DNA of 64,000 nucleotides from an uncultured delta proteobacterium. GTDB lineage: Bacteria; Desulfobacterota; Binatia; UBA9968. The DNA is taken from the NCBI GenBank assembly GCA_963737905.1, contig CAVTUQ010000019.1, forward strand, positions 136,837 to 200,836, given 5' to 3'. Shown one piece after another: positions 19,016-30,358 of this stretch. How positions within the stretch are numbered: position 1 is the first letter of the stretch; each line of letters begins with the position of its first letter. The notes under the pieces are model-generated. The model saw only the letters and a program-made list of their open reading frames with translations, was not told where the DNA came from and ran no database searches. The position numbers and the translations under genes were made by a program.

Positions 19016-21439
19016 TTAACTAACCTTGACCGCAAGCTTCTGGCCTAACGCCCGGATGTCTTTCAGCCACGTCTCGGCTGCTTTATCACCCTGCTCCTTC
19101 TCCCGTTGCATCTTTGGATAGACGTTTTCGAGAAGGCGGTAGTAGCTGTTTTGGATTTTCCACAGGTCCACGGGAAAGGGGAGGATTTGAATGATGCTGA
19201 CGGCAGTGTCCAGCTTCTTTAATTGATTCTCGCTCGGATCTGATGCCAGACGCTCCGCCAGTCGTTCGAGATTGTGCCGATAGGCGAATTCCAAGGTAGC
19301 CGCATCGACGGACACGCCTTCGAGCCAGGCGGTCTCAAGCAGCCCGCGAATTCGGTCTACGTCTACATCGTCTTTTTCGAGTGCTTCGCGCAGGTAGCCG
19401 TTGAGCACGAATTCCGCCGCCGAGTGAAAAGCTTTGGGCAGCGGGATATGAAGGTTGGTGAGAAAGCGCATCATGGGCGCGCGGTGTTCATAGATCTGCC
19501 GGTAGAGCGCCTCGGCTTCCCGCAAGGTGGACTCGAGTATCACGTTTAGCACTTTGCGCTGCTCATCGCGAAACAGCCAGCTGATCGAATAATTCGACTC
19601 GCCAAAGCGCCGGTTCATGATGCGGATGACTTCCGCGAAATCGGCGTGCATGAACGGCTCGACTTCTTCCCGCGTCAATTCTTGGTAAGCATCGGTCCCC
19701 TGAAACCTGCGCACGCCTCCGTTAACGTTGTGATCACCCATGTGCAGCACACCAAAACTCAGCATTTCCGATTCTTGAGTGATTTCCGATGTGAGCTTTA
19801 CCCGGCCCACAGCCATTTTGGCTAAGCCGGCGCTGAAAACTTGGTAGTCCTCACGCTCTGCCTTGAAACAATAGAGCTTCGTTCGCTCCGAATAATCTTC
19901 GAAGAGAGAGCTCACCGCGTAGTGTGCGCCGACCCGTTCAAAATCGACCCGGGCGGGCTTCACAAAGTTTTCATAGATACGCCCGCCGTCGCGGTGTTCC
20001 GGGATGTTGCTCTTGGCCTTTGCCAGCCGCTCAACGAATTGTTCTTCCAGGGAGTCGCCGAACAGGTTTTGGGCCAATTGGACGGCGCGCCCAGCGTATT
20101 GGATGATCTGCACGGTTTCGAGGCCTGAGATTTCATCGAAGAACCAGCCGCAGCTCGTATACATAAGCATGGCGTGGCGTTGCATTTCGAGCAGCTTCAG
20201 CGCTTGGATCAATTCTTTTTCGGTCAAAGGGCGGGCGCGATGGCGGGCGAGAAACGCGTCGACATTTGCCGCGGAACGGTCGAGCACCACGCCCACGTAG
20301 TCGTCCCGTGCCGCCCACGGATTTTTTAAATATCGCGCGCCGAGTTCTTGATAGCGCGCCGCCACCGAGTCGCGCAGCCAATCCAAGGCGTTCCGAAGCG
20401 GTACGCGCCATTCTTGGTTCCAACTTGGGTGGCCTCCCGAGTTGCAACCGCAGTTGCTCCACCACCTGTCGATGCCGTGGAAACAGCTCCAGGAGGTTCC
20501 GTCGATGATCTCGACTTGGTAGGTCGGGGGATGCCGTTCGAGATATTCGCCATAGTTCGTAAGTCGGGCTAATTGATTAGACTCGATGGTGTTCAAGGCG
20601 TAGGCCAATGCCATGTCGCCAAAGCGATGGTGATGGCCATAGCTCTCTCCGTCGGTGGCGATATGCACCAGTTCAGGCCAGTCGCGCTCCTCGGAGAAAG
20701 CGCCCGCAAGGCGGTGGGCGAAATTCTCGCCGCTGGACAATAAATTCTCAAACGCGACGGCTCGGGAAACCGGCCCGTCGTAAAAGAACAGCGCGATTGT
20801 GCGACCCGAAGGCAGCCGTTGCTCGTAGGCCTGGGTCGGATCGATGTACCCGCCTTTAACGTCGCGCCATGCGCGGCCGCCGAGCCGCCGGACGCGCCCG
20901 GCCTGGTGCGGTGCGAGGATGGTAAATTTGATCCCCATCTCAGCGAGAATTTCCAGCGTTGCTAGATCCACGGCGGTTTCCGGAAGCCACATTCCTTCCG
21001 GCTGCCGTTGGAAACGACGCTCGAAGTCGGAGATGCCCCAGAGGATTTGGGTGCGCTGGTCGCGGCCGTTAGCCAGCGGAAGGATCATATGATTGTACGC
21101 CTGAGCCAATGCGGAGCCGTGACCGGAATAATTCCTTTGACTTTCCCGGTCCGCCTCCAGAACCGCGCCATAAACATCCGGCGCTTTCGCCTCCAGCCAA
21201 GAGAGCAAGGTGGGGCCGAAATTAAAACTGATCTTGGAGTAGTTGTTGACGAGCCGGATGATTTGGTTGTCGCCGTCGAGAATCCGCGACACGGAATTCG
21301 GCGCATAGCACTCCGCTGCAATGCGCTCGTTCCAATCGTGATAGGGGTATGCCGAATCCTGCAGTTCGACGCTTTCGAGCCAAGGGTTCTCGCGGGGAGG
21401 TTGGTAGAAATGGCCGTGAATGCAAATGTAGCGTTCCAT
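19016..21439 (-). CDS. glycoside hydrolase family 57 protein with DUF3536-type C-terminal extension
   Basis: N-terminus MERYICIHGHFYQPPRENPW plus GHGSALAQAYNHMILPL are GH57 signatures. 807 aa. Confidence 0.85.
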   Translation of the reverse strand: MERYICIHGHFYQPPRENPWLESVELQDSAYPYHDWNERIAAECYAPNSVSRILDGDNQIIRLVNNYSKISFNFGPTLLSWLEAKAPDVYGAVLEADRESQRNYSGHGSALAQAYNHMILPLANGRDQRTQILWGISDFERRFQRQPEGMWLPETAVDLATLEILAEMGIKFTILAPHQAGRVRRLGGRAWRDVKGGYIDPTQAYEQRLPSGRTIALFFYDGPVSRAVAFENLLSSGENFAHRLAGAFSEERDWPELVHIATDGESYGHHHRFGDMALAYALNTIESNQLARLTNYGEYLERHPPTYQVEIIDGTSWSCFHGIDRWWSNCGCNSGGHPSWNQEWRVPLRNALDWLRDSVAARYQELGARYLKNPWAARDDYVGVVLDRSAANVDAFLARHRARPLTEKELIQALKLLEMQRHAMLMYTSCGWFFDEISGLETVQIIQYAGRAVQLAQNLFGDSLEEQFVERLAKAKSNIPEHRDGGRIYENFVKPARVDFERVGAHYAVSSLFEDYSERTKLYCFKAEREDYQVFSAGLAKMAVGRVKLTSEITQESEMLSFGVLHMGDHNVNGGVRRFQGTDAYQELTREEVEPFMHADFAEVIRIMNRRFGESNYSISWLFRDEQRKVLNVILESTLREAEALYRQIYEHRAPMMRFLTNLHIPLPKAFHSAAEFVLNGYLREALEKDDVDVDRIRGLLETAWLEGVSVDAATLEFAYRHNLERLAERLASDPSENQLKKLDTAVSIIQILPFPVDLWKIQNSYYRLLENVYPKMQREKEQGDKAAETWLKDIRALGQKLAVKVS

Positions 21440-21518
21440 GGGGAGCTAAATCACGGCGCGACTCTGATCGTGAACTTTTCCAAAAGATGCCGCTGTCGTC
21501 CGAACGTGCTATCCGACT

Positions 21519-22784
21519 TCAGAATCCTTGCGGCGGTTGACCGGTCATAACCCAGCTGGTTCTTCGCTCGCCGCGGCCGATCACCACAATCCCGCTTTCG
21601 GAGACAAAATAGCGTTGGCGGTCTTGTTCGATATTGTATCCAATTTCGGTTCCTGGAGGGATCACGTTCGATTTGTCGATAATGGCTCGGCGAATTTTGC
21701 AACCCCGGCCGATTTCCGCCCAGTCCATAATCACGGAGCCTTCGATCTGGCTGTAACTATGAATTCTGACATTGCGGCCGACGACGCAGTTCTTGACCGC
21801 ACTGCCGCTAATGATGGTTCCTTGAGCGACAATGGAGTCCACGGCCATACCCTTGCGATCATACCAGTCAAAGACGAACTTGGCCGGCGGGTCGCCAAAG
21901 TCCGTCGTTCGAAGCGGCCAGCCGCGATTATATAAATTGAACGAAGGATCCACGGAACACAGATCCATGTTGGCTTCGTAGTAGGCTTCGATGGTTCCGA
22001 TATCGCGCCAGTAACTCGGCTCTTCCCCTTTCTGCGTAGACGGAACGCGGTTTTTGCGAAAGTCGTAGGCGTAGACTGCTTTTTTATTGATCAGCGATGG
22101 AAGGATATCGCGGCCAAAGTCATGGTTGCTTGATTCTAGTTTTGCGTCCTGAATCATAGCCTCAATCACGCTATCGGTATTAAAAAGGTAGTTGCCCATA
22201 GAGACCAGCACCGAATCAGGTTCGCCGGGAATAGGTTTCGGCAGGCCCGGTTTCTCGTCGAAGCCGACGATACGCCAATCGGGGTCGACTTCTATGACCC
22301 CAAACTGGCTCGCCTCTTCGATTTTCACCGGCAACGCCGCGACGGTGACATCGGCGCCTTTTTTTTGGTGCTCGTCAATCATCTGGCGAATGTTCATTCG
22401 GTAGATATGGTCCGCGCCGAAGACAGCCACGAGCCGGGGTCTGTGTCGCTCAATCAAATACAAGTTCTGATAAACAGAGTCGGCGGTACCCTGATACCAA
22501 TCCTTGCCCATGCGCATCTGGGCCGGAACCGGCGTGATGAAGTGATCTCCCAAGAAATCAGTGGTTCGCCAGCCCTTTTCCAGATGCTCCAATAACGATT
22601 GCGCTTTGAATTGTGTCAGAACGTAGATCGAAAGGATGCCGGAATTCACGAAATTGGAAAGGACGAAATCGACAATTCTGTACCGGCCTCCGAACGGTAC
22701 TGCGGGCTTCGCTCGGTGTGCCGTCAAGGGATAGAGACGCTCGCCCCTACCGCCCGCGAGGACAATTCCCAAGACATACATCAT
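21519..22784 (-). CDS. glgC: glucose-1-phosphate adenylyltransferase
   Basis: GIVLAGGRGERLYPLTAHRAKPAVPFGGRYRIVDF and the C-terminal left-handed beta-helix region. Confidence 0.9.
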   Translation of the reverse strand: MMYVLGIVLAGGRGERLYPLTAHRAKPAVPFGGRYRIVDFVLSNFVNSGILSIYVLTQFKAQSLLEHLEKGWRTTDFLGDHFITPVPAQMRMGKDWYQGTADSVYQNLYLIERHRPRLVAVFGADHIYRMNIRQMIDEHQKKGADVTVAALPVKIEEASQFGVIEVDPDWRIVGFDEKPGLPKPIPGEPDSVLVSMGNYLFNTDSVIEAMIQDAKLESSNHDFGRDILPSLINKKAVYAYDFRKNRVPSTQKGEEPSYWRDIGTIEAYYEANMDLCSVDPSFNLYNRGWPLRTTDFGDPPAKFVFDWYDRKGMAVDSIVAQGTIISGSAVKNCVVGRNVRIHSYSQIEGSVIMDWAEIGRGCKIRRAIIDKSNVIPPGTEIGYNIEQDRQRYFVSESGIVVIGRGERRTSWVMTGQPPQGF

Positions 22785-22805
22785 TGCACCTCTACTGTTA
22801 CCTCC

Positions 22806-24245
22806 TCAATGTAAAAGCTTCTCGTATAGGTTGCTGTACGCTTGAGCTGAGCGAGCCCATGAAAAGTCCATGCGCATCGCTCGATGGATCAGCGCGGTCC
22901 AGGACCGCTTCTCGGTGAAAACCTGTAATGCCCTTTCAATGCTTTCCCATAGCGCGGGCGGCTCGTATCTGTCAAAAACAAAACCGGTACCCTTGCCGGG
23001 CTCGGCGTCATAGTCGATCACCGTATCTTTTAGCCCGCCGATTGCCCGGACGATCGGCATTGTACCATACTTCAAGCTGAACATCTGGTTGAGGCCGCAG
23101 GGTTCGTACAGGGACGGCATCAGAAAAATGTCCGCGCCCGCTTCGATGCGATGGGCTAAGGCCTCATCGAAACCCGTCCGCACGGCAAATTTTTCGGGAA
23201 AGCGGGCGGCGGCGGTGGTAAAAAAATCTTCATACCGCAATTCGCCGCTCCCCAATAGGACCAGTTGAAGCTCACGCTCCATTATCTGATCAAAAATGTT
23301 CTGAACGAGGTCAAACCCTTTCTGGGACGTTAAACGAGAAATCATGCCGAACACCGGCACTGCGGACTTGACGGGGAGACCCAAGCTCCCCTGCAGTTTA
23401 TCCTTGCAGACGCGTTTTCCTGTAAGATCGTTCTCGCTATACCGTCTGGCGATAAAGGGGTCGATTTCCGGGTTCCATTCGCTGTAGTCTACGCCATTGA
23501 GAATTCCCGTCACATCGGCCGCTCGCTGCTGCAGTACCCCCTGCAAGCCGAAGCCCTGTTCCGCACTCATGATCTCCTGCGCGTAAGTCGGGCTCACGGT
23601 AGTGATTTTATCGGCACAGAGGAGGGCACCCTTGAGAAAATTGATGTTCCCGTAAAACTCCAAGTACTGCGGGCTGAAATAGCTGAGATCAAGGTTTAGA
23701 AATGGCCAGTTCGACTCGCGAAAAATTCCCTGGAAGCCAAGATTGTGCGCGGTGAGAACGGTGCGGGCCGATGCGACTTCAGGGTAGCGAGAGCCCTGGG
23801 TTTTCAAAAAGACAATACCCAGCGCTGCCTGCCAGTCGTGGCAATGGACGATCTCGGCAGGATGCCTGCGGAGGATTTCTAACGCGGCCCGGCAAAAAAA
23901 GGCGAACCGTTCCGCGTTATCGGGATAATCGCCATAGGGTGTCCCGTATAGAAAGTCGCGGTCAAAGTAACGGTCAGCGCGCACCAGGTATACGGACACG
24001 TTCTGGCCCAGCCGGGCCTCGAAAACCGACGTTTTTTCTGTGGATGCCCCCAAGGGAACAGCCAATTGCATCCCCGTCTCTTCCAGTGCAAAGGGCCCGT
24101 TGAGAACGCAGCGATAGGCCGGCATGATTAAAGAGATCTCATGGCCGCGTTTCTCCAGCGCGATGGAAAGCGTTCCGAGGACATCAGCCAAGCCGCCTGT
24201 TTTGGCGAAGGGGGCAATCTCGGAAGACAGCATCGCGATTTTCAT
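22806..24245 (-). CDS. glgA: glycogen synthase (ADP-glucose type, GT5)
   Basis: MKIAMLSSEIAPFAKTGGLADV N-terminal KTGGL motif, 479 aa. Confidence 0.9.
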   Translation of the reverse strand: MKIAMLSSEIAPFAKTGGLADVLGTLSIALEKRGHEISLIMPAYRCVLNGPFALEETGMQLAVPLGASTEKTSVFEARLGQNVSVYLVRADRYFDRDFLYGTPYGDYPDNAERFAFFCRAALEILRRHPAEIVHCHDWQAALGIVFLKTQGSRYPEVASARTVLTAHNLGFQGIFRESNWPFLNLDLSYFSPQYLEFYGNINFLKGALLCADKITTVSPTYAQEIMSAEQGFGLQGVLQQRAADVTGILNGVDYSEWNPEIDPFIARRYSENDLTGKRVCKDKLQGSLGLPVKSAVPVFGMISRLTSQKGFDLVQNIFDQIMERELQLVLLGSGELRYEDFFTTAAARFPEKFAVRTGFDEALAHRIEAGADIFLMPSLYEPCGLNQMFSLKYGTMPIVRAIGGLKDTVIDYDAEPGKGTGFVFDRYEPPALWESIERALQVFTEKRSWTALIHRAMRMDFSWARSAQAYSNLYEKLLH

Positions 24246-24288
24246 GACGGCTCAGCGGCAAGTGCTCAGACTACCGAAATCCTCATCT

Positions 24289-26199
24289 TTATCCTTGGTT
24301 CTTAAAGAAACAAACCGACAGCGGCGGCAATGTAATCGTGAGGGAACAGGAACGACCATGGAGCGGTACAGGAACCGTCTCTACGCCGCCGAGATTTCCC
24401 ATGTTGCTGCCACCGTATTCGCTTGCGTCGCTGTTCAGGATCTCCTGCCAGAACCCACTGCGCGGGGAGCCGAGCCGGTAGCTGTAACGCGGTACGGGCG
24501 TAAAGTTGCAGACCACCAGAATAATGGCGGAGGTCGATTTGCCTTTGCGGATCAGGCTAACCGTACTGGCATCCTTATCGTCGCAGTCGATCCATTCGAA
24601 GCCTGCCGGCTCGCAATCCATTTCGTGTAACGCCGGTTCGCTGCGATAGAGTCGATTTAGATCTTGCACCCATTTTTGCAGTCCGGCGTGGGGCGCATCG
24701 TTCAAAAGATACCAGTCCAAGCTCGAATCGTGAACCCATTCGCGCCACTGCCCGAACTCGCCTCCCATGAAAAGCATTTTTTTACCGGGTTGCGCGTACA
24801 TGTAGCCAAACAATGCTCGCAGATTGGCAAACTTCTGCCAATCGTCACCTGGCATTTTCCTTATCAGAGAGCCTTTACCGTAAACAACCTCGTCGTGGGA
24901 AAGCGGCAGAACGAAGTTTTCGTGAAACGCATAAAGCATACGAAACGTCAGCTTGTCGTGGTGGTAGCGCCGAAAGACCGGATCTTTGCTCATGTATTGG
25001 AGCGTGTCATGCATCCAGCCCATGTCCCATTTGAAACCGAAACCCAGGCCGCCTACGTAGTTAGGCCTTGACACCATCGGCCACGAGGTGGATTCCTCAG
25101 CGATGGTTTGAGCATCCGGATGGTTTTTATACACCTCTTCGTTCAACCGTCGCAGGAAATTAATTGCTTCGATGTTTTCCCGCCCGCCATATTGGTTTGG
25201 AATCCACTCACCCTCTTTGCGGGCATAGTCCAGATAAAGCATTGAGGCAACCGCGTCGACGCGGAACCCGTCTACATGGTAACAGTCGAGCCAGAAGAGC
25301 GCGTTGCTGATGAGAAAACTTTGAACCTCCTTACGGCCGTAATTGAAGATGTAACTCTTCCATTCGGGATGATAGCCCTGGCGCGGATCGGCATGTTCGT
25401 AAAGATGGGTTCCGTCGAAGAATGCCAAACCGTGCTCATCAGCGGGAAAATGTGACGGCACCCAGTCGAGGATCACGCCAATGCCGTGTTGATGCAAAGT
25501 ATCGACGAGATACATAAGATCCTGCGGCGTGCCATAATTTCCGGAGGGAGCGAAATAGCCGGTTGTCTGATAGCCCCAGGAGCCGAAGAATGGATGATCC
25601 ATAACAGGTAGAAACTCCACGTGGGTGTATTCCATCCTTTGGAGATATTCCGCCAGCTGCGGCGCTAACTCGCGATAGGACAACGAGCGATTACCCTCTT
25701 CAGCCACACGTCGCCAGGAACCGATATGCATTTCGTAAATCGCCATCGGCTTACCCAGGCCGCTCCGTTGCCGGCGGCTTGTCATCCAATTCTGATCGCC
25801 CCACGGATAATCGAGATTCCACACAATGGACGCCGTCTTTGGCGGTATCTCATTGAAGATCGAAAACGGGTCCGTTTTGTCTACTCGATAGTCGTTGAAG
25901 CGAGAAAGGATGTGATACTTGTAGAGTGTCCCGTTACCGATCCCGGGGAAAAACCCTTCCCAGATACCCGACTGGCCCTTGGGGTGGAGAGGATCGCTGC
26001 TCTTATTCCAGCCGTTGAAATCACCCATGACAAATACCTGCGCGGCATTGGGCGCCCAGACGGCGAATTGGGTGCCGCTGGCGCCTTGGTGGTTGACGAC
26101 GTGCGCGCCGAGTTTGTCGTGGAGTCGAAAATGGCTGCCCTCGTTAAACAAGTAGAGATCCTGATCGGTCAGGAGACTGACGATTTCATGGCTCCCCAT
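24289..26199 (-). CDS. glgB: 1,4-alpha-glucan branching enzyme (GH13)
   Basis: 636 aa with GVILDWVPSHF, DGFRVDAVASMLY, IAEESTSWP and SHDEVVYGK conserved regions. Confidence 0.9.
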   Translation of the reverse strand: MGSHEIVSLLTDQDLYLFNEGSHFRLHDKLGAHVVNHQGASGTQFAVWAPNAAQVFVMGDFNGWNKSSDPLHPKGQSGIWEGFFPGIGNGTLYKYHILSRFNDYRVDKTDPFSIFNEIPPKTASIVWNLDYPWGDQNWMTSRRQRSGLGKPMAIYEMHIGSWRRVAEEGNRSLSYRELAPQLAEYLQRMEYTHVEFLPVMDHPFFGSWGYQTTGYFAPSGNYGTPQDLMYLVDTLHQHGIGVILDWVPSHFPADEHGLAFFDGTHLYEHADPRQGYHPEWKSYIFNYGRKEVQSFLISNALFWLDCYHVDGFRVDAVASMLYLDYARKEGEWIPNQYGGRENIEAINFLRRLNEEVYKNHPDAQTIAEESTSWPMVSRPNYVGGLGFGFKWDMGWMHDTLQYMSKDPVFRRYHHDKLTFRMLYAFHENFVLPLSHDEVVYGKGSLIRKMPGDDWQKFANLRALFGYMYAQPGKKMLFMGGEFGQWREWVHDSSLDWYLLNDAPHAGLQKWVQDLNRLYRSEPALHEMDCEPAGFEWIDCDDKDASTVSLIRKGKSTSAIILVVCNFTPVPRYSYRLGSPRSGFWQEILNSDASEYGGSNMGNLGGVETVPVPLHGRSCSLTITLPPLSVCFFKNQG

Positions 26200-26461
26200 A
26201 GATCTAAATTACCTTCTTTCTTTAGTTTTCCAGGTATGGCGGAGCGACTTTTGGATATCCGCCGCAAAAGTTTGTGATAAATTCTTAAAACGAAAATGCC
26301 GCGTTGCGATTGCTGCTTAATCCGAGCTCTACAAAAATTCTGACATGTGGAGGCGAGTTTGTCTATCGGGGGACTCTCGGCAGAGAACCCAAATTCTTGG
26401 CCGGAAGCGATCCGGTTTTTAAGATAATAACGTTCTTCCGGTGAACATTTGTGACGAGCCC

Positions 26462-28145
26462 TCAGTGTTGATCGGGGTCTCTGTTATCGGCATCCTCTTG
26501 CTCGGAAGGCAAATAAATGTTGAAGAGGGTCCCTTTGCCCGGCTCACTTTCGACTTCGATCCGTCCGTTGTGATTCTTAACGATCCTTTGACAGATGGGA
26601 AGACCGAGGCCCATACCGCGTCTTTTCTTTGCCGTAAAAAAGGGCTGAAAGATTTTCGGCAGGTCTGTCTTTTCGATGCCAAACCCCGTATCCGCCACCG
26701 TTATCACCGCTATGGGCCCCCTGCTATCAGATCGCGTTGTTTTTGCTTCCACTACGAGCTTGCCGCCTTCCGGCATTGCGTCGATGGCGTTCAGGTAGAG
26801 GTTGACCAAAACCTGCTCCAGCTGCTGGGAATCGGCTTGAATTCGAGGCAGATCCGGATCCAGTCTTTTTTCCACGGTGATTTTCTGTTTGTAGAGACGG
26901 TTTTCCACCAACTGAAGGGTTTTCTCAATTGCATCTGTTATCGAGGTCGAGCAAAACTCTGTACTTCTGGGGCGGGCGTATTCCATAAGGTCTTTTACGA
27001 TCTGCCTGCACCGCTTCGATTCCTCGTCGATGATTTGCAAAGCGCGATAGTTGGGATCGGCGGGGTTTATGCCGCTCAACATGTCTTCCACGAACCCCAT
27101 GATGATTCCGAGGGGATTATTGAACTCGTGGGCCATGGAAGCCGTCACCTCGCCGAGGGAAACCAATCGCCCCGACATGATCAGTTGTTGCTCCAGTTCC
27201 TGAGCCTGCTGGCGCAGCTTCTGTTCACTCTGGCGCAATGCATCCTCTATCTGCTTGCGCCGGCTGATATCCCGGGCGATCTTGGACGCGCCGACGATAT
27301 TCCCTTTGGCGTCTCGAATGGGCGACACGGTGAGAGAGATATCAAACCGACGGCCGTCCTTACGCCGGCGAATCGTCTCATAGTGTTCGATGCGCTCGCC
27401 CCGCCTAATGCGCTCAAGAATTCCTGGCTCTTCATCGTGGCGCTCCGGAGGAATTAAAAGGGTGATGGGCTTTCCAATCACCTCTTCAGCCACGTACCCA
27501 AAGAGCCGCTCCGCGGCTTGGTTCCAACTGGTAATGATTCCGTTGAGGTCTTTGCTAATGATCGCGTCTTCTGAAGACTCGACGATGGCGGCCAGCCGCC
27601 GGCTGGCTTGTTCCGCCTGCCTTAGATCCGTGATGTCTGCAAAGATGTTGATCGCGCCCACAATTTCGCCGGCGGCGTTGGTGATCGGGTCGATGTTGAC
27701 CAGCGCGGTAATACGGGAGCCGTCCGGGCGCTCGATAACGACCTCTTGATTTCGAATAGGAGCAGCTCCGCTTAGGACTTGAGCCATCGGAGTTTCTGCG
27801 TGGGGCAGGCGCTTCCCATCAGTCCGAAAAAGCCGAAAGGCGCCACAGAAACGCTCATCGTGTTTCCCCGATGACAGGCGCACGTCCCCAAAGCTCCGAG
27901 GCTCGGCGGTTGTAATAGTTGATGATTCCGGAAGGGGTCTCGCAGATATATACTCCCGCCGGAAGCAATTCCATAAGACGGAGCGCGAGAGATGAGTTGG
28001 GTGACTCAAACAGACGACAAAACTCGGACGCAAAGACGCCGCTCTGTTGGTCAACGGTCTGCTCATGGTTTTCTCGAACCATGGTAGAGTGCTGCGCCCG
28101 CAAGCGGTCCATGGTGGGTCGATTTGGCGGCGGCTTATCACTCAT
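26462..28145 (-). CDS. multi-PAS sensor histidine kinase, reading frame broken at a C4/G4 run (27866-27869)
   Basis: HisKA (MAHEFNNPL) and HATPase (DTGFGI, GMGLGL) at the C-terminus. The N-terminal PAS continues from the 27855-28145 frame (..ELWGRAPVIGE) into the 26462-28141 frame (KHDERFCGAFRLF...). Confidence 0.75.
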
Positions 28146-28312
28146 CTGGGCACTCGCCTAACCCTATTATGGACCGGACGTAAGTCCCCGGGAAAGCTAA
28201 AAAGCTCGGCATTTTTAGTTTGCCTCTCGACCCAACGGAAAATAGAGCTCGAAGGTCATACCCTAACGGACGACTGCTGAACACAAGAAATTTTTTGATA
28301 CGCTCGGATTTT

Positions 28313-28675
28313 TCAATGGGACAGTAAGCCATCGACGGTGGTCTTAAGTTCTTGGATATCCACGGGCTTGGTTAGGTAGGTGGAAGCCCCTTTTTTTATG
28401 CATTCGTTGCGAGTGTCAATGGTCGGATAGGCCGTGATCATTATCACTTCGATTGCAGGACGGCGGCTTTTAATCTCGCCTAGAAGCACGACGCCATCTA
28501 TGGGAAACATCTTGATATCGAGAATAGCTAGCTGGAAAACCCGGGTCTCCAGTAAGGCGAGTGCGTCGTAGCTGTTTTTAGCGGTTATTACTTGATAACC
28601 CTGTTTGCTAAGAATTCTTTCGAGGAGCAATAAGAGATTCTCTTCGTCGTCAACGATCAATATGTTTTTCTGCAA
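28313..28675 (-). CDS. single-domain response regulator (CheY-like receiver)
   Basis: ILIVDDEENL, acceptor-Asp context LAILDIKMF, 120 aa. Confidence 0.85.
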   Translation of the reverse strand: MQKNILIVDDEENLLLLLERILSKQGYQVITAKNSYDALALLETRVFQLAILDIKMFPIDGVVLLGEIKSRRPAIEVIMITAYPTIDTRNECIKKGASTYLTKPVDIQELKTTVDGLLSH

Positions 28676-28967
28676 AAACCCTCTCCCCTCCGAGCCTCGT
28701 AGTAAACGCCTTTCGGTGGCTCAGGCTCACTTTCCGCAACATCATTTCAATCTAGTGATGAGAACAGCAATCTAAATGCCAGGTAAAAAAGGGATTTCGC
28801 AGTATGAGATCGCCCCTTGGTGGGCCCAAATTGGGTCTGTGGACCGGTAAAATGGGAGAAATCGATGTGGTTCTATGGTTAATTTAGCAAGCCAGCTCAG
28901 AACGAGACAAGCCGTGTGAGTAAAAGGCACACTCACTCTATGAAAAAAACCTACAATCACGAAGATA

Positions 28968-29654
28968 TCATTTTACTTGGCGCAAGGCTGCGATTCTATC
29001 TTGGGTTGCCGGATGAGTTGACAGGAATCCGCCGCCGTTTGCTTGAGAGGATTGCATAACCCAGGAAAGCGCGTCGATCATGACGTCTTTAGAGTAGCCG
29101 GCCCGCTGCAAAATTTCCACGCCATGCCGATCTGCTTCCAACTCTTCTGATCGGCTGTAAGCGCGTGCGACCAGTGTGCCCGCAATAGGGGTGATGGCGC
29201 TACTGCCGGGAATGATTTGCTCGAGCAATATAACGCCTAGACTCAATCCGGTTCCTAGCACTTGGGCGCGGGCCACATGCCCAAGATCGTCATGGGCTAT
29301 TTCGTGGGCCAATATTCCTCTCAGTTGCTCATCGTTTGCCTTCTGAAGAAGACCCGTTGTGACGTAAAACTCGCCGCCGCCCGCGTTGGCGGCGTTTATA
29401 TCAGGCTCTTCCACGACACCAACGCGGACCTCTTTTAGCGACCGAGTTTTATCGCCCGCACGTAGCAAAGGCACCATGATCCGCTGAAGTCGTGCCGCTT
29501 GACTGGGATCGAGCGGTTTGACGTTCGGCGTGCGAGCTTCCTGTGGCGACGGACGCGGCGGCCCGGACGTAGTTTCCACTGTACAACCGACCGCAAACGC
29601 GAGAAACAAGACCCACACCGAAGCGGCAGATAGAATCTTTTTATCTCGTGTCAT
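28968..29654 (-). CDS. M48-family zinc metallopeptidase, lipoprotein
   Basis: Start moved to MTRDKKILSAASVWVLFLAFAVGC (lipobox). HEIAHDDLGH zinc motif. C-terminal FLSTHPATQDRI. Confidence 0.8.
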   Translation of the reverse strand: MTRDKKILSAASVWVLFLAFAVGCTVETTSGPPRPSPQEARTPNVKPLDPSQAARLQRIMVPLLRAGDKTRSLKEVRVGVVEEPDINAANAGGGEFYVTTGLLQKANDEQLRGILAHEIAHDDLGHVARAQVLGTGLSLGVILLEQIIPGSSAITPIAGTLVARAYSRSEELEADRHGVEILQRAGYSKDVMIDALSWVMQSSQANGGGFLSTHPATQDRIAALRQVK

Positions 29655-29662
29655 CTTTTCGG

Positions 29663-30298
29663 TCAGACGGCCCGAGCCTGTTGAGATTTCTGCGCTGCGG
29701 GTCCTGCCATGCGCTGTTCCACTGCGTTCCAATCGATATTGGAGAAAAACGCCTCTATATATTTTGGCCTTTCAGCCGGCTTATAGTCCAAAATAAACGC
29801 GTGTTCCCATACGTCCATGACTAGCACCGGCGTGTAGCCTGCAACATTGCCGATCTCGTGCAACGTGATCCAATGATTGGATAGACGGCCGGTCGTGGGA
29901 TCCTGATAGCAGATCGCCCACCCGACGCCGCGCATTTTGCCGATGCCGACGAAGTCTGTTTTCCAAATGTCGTATGTGCTGAAACTCTCCTCGGTCGCTT
30001 TGACGAAAACAGAGCCTTTCTTGGGATCGCCGCCGCCCTCTTTTTTGAGGTTGCCAAAATAGTATTCATGCAACACCATGCCGTTATACTCAAAACCGAG
30101 GCGTCGTTTTAATTCCGAATAGGCCGGCATCTCCTCTTGATCGACCTTGCCATCTTTTAGGATGGCAGAGATTTTTTCCTGAAGGAGGTTGGTCTCTTTG
30201 ACGTAGCCTTCATAAAGCTTGAAATGCATCTCCAGAGTTTGGTCCGAAATGCCATTTAGCCCGCTCAACTTAAATTTTTTGGCTTGATAAGAGTTCAT
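29663..30298 (-). CDS. sod: Fe/Mn superoxide dismutase
   Basis: HFKLYEGYV, the LHEYYF region, and DVWEHAFILDY, which is the Fe/Mn-SOD C-terminal signature. Confidence 0.85.
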   Translation of the reverse strand: MNSYQAKKFKLSGLNGISDQTLEMHFKLYEGYVKETNLLQEKISAILKDGKVDQEEMPAYSELKRRLGFEYNGMVLHEYYFGNLKKEGGGDPKKGSVFVKATEESFSTYDIWKTDFVGIGKMRGVGWAICYQDPTTGRLSNHWITLHEIGNVAGYTPVLVMDVWEHAFILDYKPAERPKYIEAFFSNIDWNAVEQRMAGPAAQKSQQARAV

Positions 30299-30358
30299 GC
30301 TGAAAGTCCTTCCCTTTTTTTTAAACTTCCCTTCTTGTTAATAGCGCGAAATGACTCG

